This document shows, one piece after another, positions 1 through 7,564 of a DNA stretch of 64,000 nt (its first letter is position 1; each line of letters opens with the position of its first letter). The translations under genes and the position numbers were made by a program. The notes under the pieces are model-generated. The model did no database searches, was not told the DNA's origin, and saw only the letters and a list, made by a program, of their open reading frames with translations. Source of the stretch: Rickettsia typhi (GTDB lineage Bacteria > Pseudomonadota > Alphaproteobacteria > Rickettsiales > Deianiraeaceae); assembly GCA_945861725.1 (NCBI GenBank), contig CAMAVJ010000004.1:30721-94720 (forward strand). The letters are read 5' to 3'.

Positions 1-1
1 T

Positions 2-634
2 AATAATAACAATATCACAGAAAATTACTCCGAAATATTCATACGCAATATTTCAATTTCACAAATCACTAAAAGTGATGAACACTTTTTTGAAATAAGA
101 ATTTATGCTCCATTTTTTGTAAAAAAAGCAAAAGCTGGAAATGTTTTAAAGTTTCAGGAAATGTATAAAAAATCATTGGCACTCACAATTGCAAAAATTG
201 ATGGTGATTTTATCATACTATATATTCAAAACACAAATAACGAAACGCGAAGTATTATTGATGCGATTCAGCACGGCAGAAAAATTCACATTAATGGCAT
301 TAATTGCTCGACATTTCCAGAAATTCCAGAAAACTCCATAATTGTTGCCTCTAAAAAAGCACAAATGATTTTTACTGAAATTTTCAAAGACAAAAAACTA
401 CTTTTACCCGAAGAATTCCTTCGAGCCAGTTTTAATTCCAATAAAGCCAATCTTTTTATAGTAGCAGAAGACGAATTTTTACAAAAAATAACTTCACAAC
501 AATCTCACTTAGAAACAAAGATGTATAAACTATTCATTTACCAAAAAATGAACTGTATGCTTGGTGGAATTTGTGGAAGGTGTATTAAGCCTGATGGCAC
601 TTACGCTTGTATTAATAATATTATTGACAAATAA
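2..634 (+). CDS. PyrK-like FAD/NAD(P)-binding oxidoreductase with C-terminal 2Fe-2S motif; the 5' end lies outside the window
   Basis: The frame of ORF 161..634 stays open back to base 2 (..HFFEIRIYAPFFVKKAKAGNVLKFQE..), which looks like a ferredoxin-reductase-type FAD barrel. The C-terminus has C-x5-C-x2-C...C (CMLGGICGRC..YAC), like dihydroorotate dehydrogenase electron-transfer subunits. Confidence 0.5.
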   Translation, partial: NNNNITENYSEIFIRNISISQITKSDEHFFEIRIYAPFFVKKAKAGNVLKFQEMYKKSLALTIAKIDGDFIILYIQNTNNETRSIIDAIQHGRKIHINGINCSTFPEIPENSIIVASKKAQMIFTEIFKDKKLLLPEEFLRASFNSNKANLFIVAEDEFLQKITSQQSHLETKMYKLFIYQKMNCMLGGICGRCIKPDGTYACINNIIDK

Positions 635-820
635 TCTTTTGGAGATATTGACTACTCAACGTGAGAAATGCGTTAATTATAATTCTTTTTATTAATTTAT
701 TTTTAATTATATGATTGTATATATTCTTTCAGTAATTTTGGCTTTCATTACTGGTGTTATTCTTTCTGATAAAATTAAAGAATTACTTCGTCGATTGTAA
801 AAATAGTGGCATAAAAATGC

Positions 821-1717
821 CTAAACACATGCTATTATTTGTGATTTCTCAAGGAGATGAGATGGATCTTTATAATACAGTGCATCGGTAATTAGCCCGC
901 TTTGTTTTACAAACATTTCAAATTCTTTTTGCATTGAGTGAACTAATCCTTCAATTGTAAAATTATGCAGAAATATACTGCCAGAGAGTATTGCCATTAT
1001 ATTTAAAGTATTTGTGTGTAATAACTTGGAATATTTGTTGATATCACACGATTCATGGTGGTGTTCAATTGCATGAAAAAGCTGTTCGTTTTCTTCCTGT
1101 AGATTGATTTTATATCTTGCTTTAAATGCGGCAATATCAAAATTGGTGATTAACCTATTTGGGGATATATCCGTTGTTCCAACTGTTTTTACTGACTTTT
1201 GAGTTTCACAATCAAATTGTTTAATTTCCTCAATTTTATTACCGGAAAACTCAATTCTAATTGCTTCGTTCGTCGTGGCAAAATCCAAAATATACCCCCT
1301 CATACTAAACTCGGCCGGATTGTAAACGGTTGACGTTGAGTTATAACCCATTTCAACAAGTTTTTTTGCAATTTCTACAATAGAAATACTTTGTCCCTTC
1401 GTAAGGGTCATTCTTGTGAAGGAATCTGGCTCTGGCAATGGAAAGAATAACAAAGATGAGTGAATTAGTGTAACTTTTGCTTGGCTTTCAAATGATTTAA
1501 TATAATTTTTCAAAAATGTAAAGTCGTTCAAACCTTCGTGATTTGTAAAAAATGAAAACCTCGGTGCAAGAATTGTGACATCGACACCAAGAAATTCCAA
1601 GTTATGTGTAAGTTCTTCTAAAATATTGTGACTTTGTGAAATGAAGATGACTTTATTTTTCTGGGAATATTCCTGTAAAATAAACGGCAAAGCTTCCTGA
1701 TGAATAAATTCTTGCAT
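821..1717 (-). CDS. Stand-alone Mfd (transcription-repair coupling factor) N-terminal UvrB-homology module; no RNAP-binding or translocase part; possibly a gene remnant
   Basis: 298 aa. AEFSMRGYILDFATTNEAIRIEFSGNKIEEIKQFDCETQKSV matches the Mfd signature GEYxxRGxxxDxFP..PxRxxFFxDEIxxIRxFDxxxQRS. The flanking blocks (KVIFISQSHNILEEL.., TLTKGQSISIVEIAKKLVEMGY) are colinear with E. coli Mfd residues about 25-330. The start overlaps the ileS stop (TAATG). Confidence 0.6.
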   Translation of the reverse strand: MQEFIHQEALPFILQEYSQKNKVIFISQSHNILEELTHNLEFLGVDVTILAPRFSFFTNHEGLNDFTFLKNYIKSFESQAKVTLIHSSLLFFPLPEPDSFTRMTLTKGQSISIVEIAKKLVEMGYNSTSTVYNPAEFSMRGYILDFATTNEAIRIEFSGNKIEEIKQFDCETQKSVKTVGTTDISPNRLITNFDIAAFKARYKINLQEENEQLFHAIEHHHESCDINKYSKLLHTNTLNIMAILSGSIFLHNFTIEGLVHSMQKEFEMFVKQSGLITDALYYKDPSHLLEKSQIIACV

Positions 1718-4700
1718 TAAATTAACCTTTGAAAAATTGCCTCCGATGTAAACGGCAAAATTGGTGCAATTGCGGTTGTAAAATCCAGAATTACAGTGTA
1801 AAGAGTATTATATGCTGAATCCTTATCTTCATCTTTTTTAGCTTTCCAAAAGCGTTCTTTATTTCGACGAATATACCAATTATTCAGTACATCAATAAAA
1901 TTTTCAATCAATTTACACGCGGTTTGAGTATTATACGAATCCATTTCGTGTTTAAAATCCCGCAGAAATTCGTGCAGCTTTGAAAGAATATAAATATCCA
2001 TCGTGTTGCTGGAATTGTAGCTTTTTATACCAATGATTTCATCGGCATTGGCATACATTGCAAAGAAATTATATGAATTCCAAATTGGCTTAATGATTAA
2101 ACGCAAAATTTCAGCAATTCCTTGTGAGGTTTTTGGAATGAATAAATCTCCACCGTTAACAACGGGCGAAGAAACGACGAAATAACGCATAGCGTCCGAA
2201 CCTATTGTATCAAAAACCTCCAAAGGATCTGGGTAATTTCGCAAGCGTTTTGAAAGCTTTTGCCCGTTTTCGTCTAAAATTACACCGTGGCAAATGCAGT
2301 TTTTGAACGGTTCGCGACCAAAAAGTGCCGTCCCAAGCACCATTAATGTATAAAACCAACCACGAGTCTGTGCCGTGTATTCGACAATGAAATCGGCAGG
2401 GAAGTTTGATGGGCAAGGAAGTTTTGTTTCCGCCGTTGCAACAAAATTTTCAGGGTTTTTCTTAAAGCGTTCGTCCGCAAATGGGAAATGAACGGAAGCA
2501 AATGGCATTGAGCCCGATTCAAACCAACAGTCTAGGACATCTTCGACTCTTTTGATTCGGCAGTTAATTTGAATGCTGTCATCACGCAAATTATATCTTT
2601 TAAACTCATTTTGAAATGATGAGAGGGTTGTGTCGCTATTTGGTTTTTGTGATACATATTGTGATATAGCTTTCTCTATTATATCAAGAATTTCATCATA
2701 ATTGTTTTCGCTGCAAAACAATGAATTGCCGTATTCTTCATAAATATGCACTATCCCTTTCTTTTTTAGCTCTACTACAACTTGCGACATTACAAAGTAC
2801 GGAAGCGCGACTGGTATGATTTTCTCCACGCACTCCAAATTGTCAATAAACGGGCGGTGTAAATCTTTGACTTCCACCCCAAAGAATTTTTCCATTTCCG
2901 CAATTGAACCAAATACATATTTTGCGCCACTGATTGACTTCCAAACCGGAACAGGGCAACCCCAGAAACGATTGCGAGAAATTGACCAATCTCGTGCATT
3001 TTCCAGCCATTTTCCAAAAATTCCGTCCTTAACATGGTTTGGTACCCAGTTGATGTTTTTGTTATTTTCAACCATTTCGTCTTTGAAGTCGGTGACTCTA
3101 ACATACCACGAAGGCATTGCTTTGTAAATTAGCGGAGTATCCGTTCGCCAGCAGTGTGGATAATTATGAATGTATTGCTCGGTTTTAAACCAAGAGCCCT
3201 GCTTTTTTAGGAATTTAATAATGTCGTCGTTGCAATCAAAAACTTGACGCCCAACTAGCGAAAGAATTCCAGTATCCAGCGTAAAATTTACTCTTTCATT
3301 ACCAGATCTCTCGTAAATTTTCTTTCCTTTATTCGCAAATCCAAGTTTTTCAAGCACTTTATGAGATTGAAGATTGTCTTCGCCAGCGTATGCTGAAATT
3401 TCATTTATACCCGATACTTCGATAAGTTTTTTCCCGATTTCAACTGCGTATCCGCGTCCCCAAAATTCTTTGTGAAGAGTAAACCCAATCTGCTTTTCTT
3501 CGGAATTTAGAGTGATGTTATCAATTCCTGCAAGTCCAATAAATGAATTGGTGGATTGTTCGAATACCATTAACCGTGAGTGATCAAATTTTGCTTTTAG
3601 AGCAACATAAAGTGCAATTTCTGCGTGAATTTCTTGGTCGCTTAAAATTTGTTTGCCGTAAAACTTACGAACTTCGGAATCTTGGTAAAGCTTTTGTATT
3701 AATGGAAGATCTTCATTTGTTATTTCCTTTGTATAAAGACGATCTGTCTGAATATTGAAATTTTTTTGTGCGATTTTCTGCGAATTTTGGTCAATATCCC
3801 AAATTTCTGCGGTATACTTTCCCTTCTCATCAACTGGACAAACAGTTTGAACGCCAATTTTCTTACAAAGTTCATGGTCGTCCTCACCAAAACCAGGGGC
3901 AATGTGCACAATTCCAGTTCCATCTTCAGTGGTAACGAAGTCTCCGTGAACAACTTTAAACGCATTTGTGTGATTGGAGAAATAAGGGAAAAGTGGTTGA
4001 TATGATGCACCAATTAGTTCAGAGCCTTTGAACTCTCCCATAATTTCCGCTTCCTTAAAATTCTTTGCAATTAAATTTTTTGCTATAATAATTTTTTCAT
4101 CATTATGTATAACAACACAATATTCGACCGCAGAATTTATGGCAATCATAAGGTTTGCGGGAAGCGTCCACGGCGTTGTCGTCCATACAAGAAGTTTTGC
4201 ACCTGCATATTTGCCGGATGTTACTGCAAACTTTACCGTTACGGTTTTGGATGTCTTTTCGCGATAGGAATTATCCATTCTTGTTTCAAAGTTTGAAAGT
4301 GGAGTCTCCGCCTTCCAAGAATATGGCATAACTCGGTAATCTTCGTAAATTAAACCCTTGTTGTGTAGTTGTTTAAACGCCCAAATCACAGATTCCATAT
4401 ACGATAAATCCATCGTTTTGTAATCATTTTCAAAGTTGACCCATCTTCCCGCTTTTTGAATATAATGTTCCCAATCGGCGGCGTATTTCATCACAGATGT
4501 TCGACATTGCTCATTGAAATGTTCAATTCCGTACTTGGTGATATCAACCCTTCCTTGAATTCCAAGTTGTTTTTCAACTTCCATTTCGGCAGGCAGACCG
4601 TGGCAATCCCAGCCGAAACGGCGTTCTGTTTTTTTGCCATTCATTGTTTGATACCGTGCATAGATATCCTTGATGAACGATGTTAAAAGATGACCATAGT

Positions 4701-4866
4701 GCGGCAAACCGTTTGCGAAGGGAGGACCATCGTAGAATATAAATTCGCCATCGTTTGTTTCTTCAACTGATCGTTCAAAAATTTTATTGTCTTCCCAAAA
4801 TTTGGCGATTTTCTTTTCAATTTCCGGAAATGTTTCGTTTTCTAGTGGTTGGTATTGTTTTTTCAT
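1717..4866 (-). CDS. ileS: Isoleucyl-tRNA synthetase, type 2 (eukaryote-like), with an inserted GNAT domain, a second insertion and no C-terminal domain
   Basis: 1049 aa. It has the HIGH motif PHYGH, editing-domain motifs TTTPWTLPAN and GIVHIAPGFGEDD, HNYPHCWRTDTPLIYKA, DVLDCWFESGSMPFA, and the KMSKS motif KLSKRLRNYPDP (type-2/eukaryotic form). See findings for the insertions and the truncation. Confidence 0.93.
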   Translation of the reverse strand: MKKQYQPLENETFPEIEKKIAKFWEDNKIFERSVEETNDGEFIFYDGPPFANGLPHYGHLLTSFIKDIYARYQTMNGKKTERRFGWDCHGLPAEMEVEKQLGIQGRVDITKYGIEHFNEQCRTSVMKYAADWEHYIQKAGRWVNFENDYKTMDLSYMESVIWAFKQLHNKGLIYEDYRVMPYSWKAETPLSNFETRMDNSYREKTSKTVTVKFAVTSGKYAGAKLLVWTTTPWTLPANLMIAINSAVEYCVVIHNDEKIIIAKNLIAKNFKEAEIMGEFKGSELIGASYQPLFPYFSNHTNAFKVVHGDFVTTEDGTGIVHIAPGFGEDDHELCKKIGVQTVCPVDEKGKYTAEIWDIDQNSQKIAQKNFNIQTDRLYTKEITNEDLPLIQKLYQDSEVRKFYGKQILSDQEIHAEIALYVALKAKFDHSRLMVFEQSTNSFIGLAGIDNITLNSEEKQIGFTLHKEFWGRGYAVEIGKKLIEVSGINEISAYAGEDNLQSHKVLEKLGFANKGKKIYERSGNERVNFTLDTGILSLVGRQVFDCNDDIIKFLKKQGSWFKTEQYIHNYPHCWRTDTPLIYKAMPSWYVRVTDFKDEMVENNKNINWVPNHVKDGIFGKWLENARDWSISRNRFWGCPVPVWKSISGAKYVFGSIAEMEKFFGVEVKDLHRPFIDNLECVEKIIPVALPYFVMSQVVVELKKKGIVHIYEEYGNSLFCSENNYDEILDIIEKAISQYVSQKPNSDTTLSSFQNEFKRYNLRDDSIQINCRIKRVEDVLDCWFESGSMPFASVHFPFADERFKKNPENFVATAETKLPCPSNFPADFIVEYTAQTRGWFYTLMVLGTALFGREPFKNCICHGVILDENGQKLSKRLRNYPDPLEVFDTIGSDAMRYFVVSSPVVNGGDLFIPKTSQGIAEILRLIIKPIWNSYNFFAMYANADEIIGIKSYNSSNTMDIYILSKLHEFLRDFKHEMDSYNTQTACKLIENFIDVLNNWYIRRNKERFWKAKKDEDKDSAYNTLYTVILDFTTAIAPILPFTSEAIFQRLI

Positions 4867-5369
4867 ATATTTTTCATTAAATATAAATTCATTTCATCAT
4901 CAACGGTTGTTGTTTCACCGTATTTTAAATTTTTTCCACAATATGCCACGCCATGCCCATCAAATTGATATCCAAGTTTGAGATACAACTTTAAGGCGTT
5001 GGAATAGTCTGCTGTTAAGCCGACGCCTAATCCAATTATTTTGGAATTTAATGTTTCTTTCGCATATTTTTCACACTCTTGAATCAATTGTGTTCCAATT
5101 CCGCAATTTTGATGCAATGGCAAAACATTCAAATCTGATATCTCTGGAATATTGTTTGTTGAAAAATATTCGTACTTGGATTTGTGTAAAAGTGTGCAAT
5201 ATCCCAAAGAAATATCACTTTCAAAGGCAACATAGCATTTTCTCAATCCAATTTCTTGCTCTTGAAGATATTTCTGAAATAATTCCACAGGTTTATTCCA
5301 GCCAATATTTCGAAAAGCATTGCTGACAACCTCGCGATCTTCAATTAACAAAGATTTCAATGTCAACAT
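4863..5369 (-). CDS. GNAT family N-acetyltransferase (free-standing)
   Basis: 168 aa. The acetyl-CoA motif A-like segment is NVLPLHQNCGIGTQLIQECEKYAKE, followed by ALKLYLKLGYQ. The stop overlaps the ileS start (ATGA) and the start overlaps the fabF stop (TAATG). Confidence 0.75.
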   Translation of the reverse strand: MLTLKSLLIEDREVVSNAFRNIGWNKPVELFQKYLQEQEIGLRKCYVAFESDISLGYCTLLHKSKYEYFSTNNIPEISDLNVLPLHQNCGIGTQLIQECEKYAKETLNSKIIGLGVGLTADYSNALKLYLKLGYQFDGHGVAYCGKNLKYGETTTVDDEMNLYLMKNI

Positions 5370-6649
5370 TATCTAACCCGCCCAAAAATCACCGAAGAAT
5401 TTGTTCCACCAAAGCCAAACGAGTTCGAAAGAACTGCTTTAATTCCATCAATGTGTTTTGATTTCAACGGAACGAGGTCGAAGCCTTCCGTTCCATCTTC
5501 AATATCCTCAAGGTTAAGCGTTGGTGGAATATCACCAGTATTCATCGCCATAATTGAATAAATTGCTTCAATTGCACCCGCCGCTCCAAGACAGTGCCCG
5601 ATCGCTGATTTCGTTGAAGACATTACAATGTTTTTTTGCTCTGCACCAATCACTTCACGCACAGCGTTGAGTTCGGCCATATCTCCAAGTGGAGTTGATG
5701 TTCCATGCGCATTAATATATCCAATATCTTTGATATCGATTCCAGCGTTTTTTATTGCCATTCTCATTGCAAGCTTTGCACCAAAACCTTCAGGGTGCGG
5801 TGCCGTTATGTGATAAGCATCGCCAGAGGCTCCTCCACCATAAACTTCGCAAAGAATTTTTGCACCGCGTTTTTTTGCGTGTTCATATTCTTCAAGAATT
5901 AAGATCCCCGCACCTTCTCCCATAACAAATCCATCACGAGCTTTATCCCAAGGACGCGATGCCCTGCGTGGTTCATCAGGAAATGACCGCGACAAAGCCT
6001 TTGCGTTGGCAAAGCCAGCCATTCCAAGTTCGCATATTGCGGATTCCGCTCCTCCAACGATCATAACGTCGGCGTCTCCCGCTTTAATTATATGCGATGC
6101 ATGATATATGGCATGTCCTCCAGTTGCACATGCGGTTGTGATTGCACAGTTCGGTCCATTAAAGCCGTATTTCATTGAAACATAACCAGACGCAAGGTTA
6201 ATAATTGAAGATGGAATGAAAAATGGCGAAATAACCTTGGCCGATTTTTCAAACATTTTTTTTGCATTGGATTCAATTGTATAAAGACCTCCAATTCCAG
6301 AACCAATTATTACACCAGTTCTTGCCCGCTCCTCTTCGGTTTCAGGCTTCCAATTTGCTTGTTCAACGGCCTCCTGTGTGGCAACGATGGAATAGCCCAT
6401 AAATTTATCCATTTTTTTGATATCCTTTGCATCGACAAAATCCTCAATATTAAGTATAAAACCTGCTTCGTTTGGTGTTTGATTCGGCGTCTTAATTTCA
6501 CCTGCAATCTTTACTGGAATGTTTGATGTATCAAAAGATTCAATTTTTGAAATACCAGAAACGCCATTGATAATGTTTTCCCAATTTTGCTTCAGATTTA
6601 GCCCAACGGATGTTACAACACCCATTCCTGTTACGACGATGCGTCTCAT
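5369..6649 (-). CDS. fabF: 3-oxoacyl-ACP synthase II
   Basis: 426 aa. It starts RIVVTGMGVVTSVG, has the active-site context ITTACATGGHAI, then INAHGTSTPLGD and SNSFGFGGTNSSVIF. Confidence 0.93.
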   Translation of the reverse strand: MRRIVVTGMGVVTSVGLNLKQNWENIINGVSGISKIESFDTSNIPVKIAGEIKTPNQTPNEAGFILNIEDFVDAKDIKKMDKFMGYSIVATQEAVEQANWKPETEEERARTGVIIGSGIGGLYTIESNAKKMFEKSAKVISPFFIPSSIINLASGYVSMKYGFNGPNCAITTACATGGHAIYHASHIIKAGDADVMIVGGAESAICELGMAGFANAKALSRSFPDEPRRASRPWDKARDGFVMGEGAGILILEEYEHAKKRGAKILCEVYGGGASGDAYHITAPHPEGFGAKLAMRMAIKNAGIDIKDIGYINAHGTSTPLGDMAELNAVREVIGAEQKNIVMSSTKSAIGHCLGAAGAIEAIYSIMAMNTGDIPPTLNLEDIEDGTEGFDLVPLKSKHIDGIKAVLSNSFGFGGTNSSVIFGRVR

Positions 6650-6687
6650 AGATTTTTTAAAAAATTACTGCGATACCATTCCAATGA

Positions 6688-7563
6688 TTATTCTAATGGT
6701 TCAAGTAAATAAACTATATAATCCTTTTCTGGAATTTCAATCTTTTTTTCAAATTTGAAAATTGTATACGATAACTTGTCGCAAGAATAACTTATACCCT
6801 TGATGAGGGGAATGGCAATGTATTTATCTTTAAAAGTGTAAATTAAGTAACCAACCATTGCACCAGAAAGCTCCCACTTCTCTTTTACATCTTCAATAAT
6901 TGCATAACCTTTTACCTCTTTGATGGAAATATTTTTATTTTCTATATCGTTTATCATTGATACAATATCTGAACCTGTGGAACCCTTATTCTCACCATAG
7001 AATCCTAAAAGACCGTGTGCAGAAAGAATACCTCTTTTCTCTCTAATGGCAAACTTTTGTGAATCTTCTTCGGCTTTAATGCTGATAAATGTTGCAGCGT
7101 TTGCATAAAATGAAATACACTGTTCAAATTTGGCAAGATTTTCATCGTATGCAAAGAATTTTGAATATTCTTGGGAAAGTTTACCATAAATATCTTCCAA
7201 TGATTTTCTTTTCTGTTCTGCATTTTCAACTGGTGCATTTTCAGCACACATAGCACCGCTTATAACGTCTGTAACTTGTTTTTTTACAGCACCAATGCCT
7301 TCAAGCTCCTTAATGATATCTTCACATTTGGAAGCTTCATTGAATTTTTTGTTGATGACTTCCTTAACGGCATCATATTCGTAAACATTTCGTAAACTTG
7401 CGTCGTCCTTAATGCAACTTGTAATATTTTCAGCAACATTTTTTTCAATATTTGTAACGATATTCATAACACTGGAGGGGCTGCCTTCCGGAAGAGTGGA
7501 AATTTCTTCAGCAAATGAGTTTGTTGATAACACAAGTATTGCTACAATAGTTTGGATAATCAT
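6688..7563 (-). CDS. Secreted protein of unknown function
   Basis: I chose the start at internal Met (MIIQTIVAILVLSTNSFA/EE) because it gives a clean signal peptide and sits 1 nt after the upstream stop. I recognise no family. Confidence 0.5.
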   Translation of the reverse strand: MIIQTIVAILVLSTNSFAEEISTLPEGSPSSVMNIVTNIEKNVAENITSCIKDDASLRNVYEYDAVKEVINKKFNEASKCEDIIKELEGIGAVKKQVTDVISGAMCAENAPVENAEQKRKSLEDIYGKLSQEYSKFFAYDENLAKFEQCISFYANAATFISIKAEEDSQKFAIREKRGILSAHGLLGFYGENKGSTGSDIVSMINDIENKNISIKEVKGYAIIEDVKEKWELSGAMVGYLIYTFKDKYIAIPLIKGISYSCDKLSYTIFKFEKKIEIPEKDYIVYLLEPLE

Positions 7564-7564
7564 T

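Noticed and set aside
711-800. A 29-codon hydrophobic ORF (MIVYILSVILAFITGVILSDKIKELLRRL) in the gap between the PyrK-like gene and the Mfd fragment.
   Set aside because: It is too short to support without conservation or expression data, and no clear RBS or promoter was seen.
821-1717. The 298-aa ORF might be the missing C-terminal domain of IleRS split off as a separate gene. Its first residues QEFIHQEALP vaguely echo the SVHL..FP segment that normally follows the IleRS helical domain.
   Set aside because: From residue 10 or so onward the ORF is colinear with the Mfd N-terminus, including the GEYxxRG...FD...Q signature. It shows nothing like the IleRS C-terminal domain.
2210-4981. A dozen 60-104 aa ORFs on both strands inside ileS (for example 2210-2416, 2790-3127, 3543-4296, 4456-4686, 4787-4981).
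   Set aside because: They lie within or antisense to a gene with unambiguous IleRS motifs along its whole length. They have low-complexity, motif-free translations typical of shadow ORFs.
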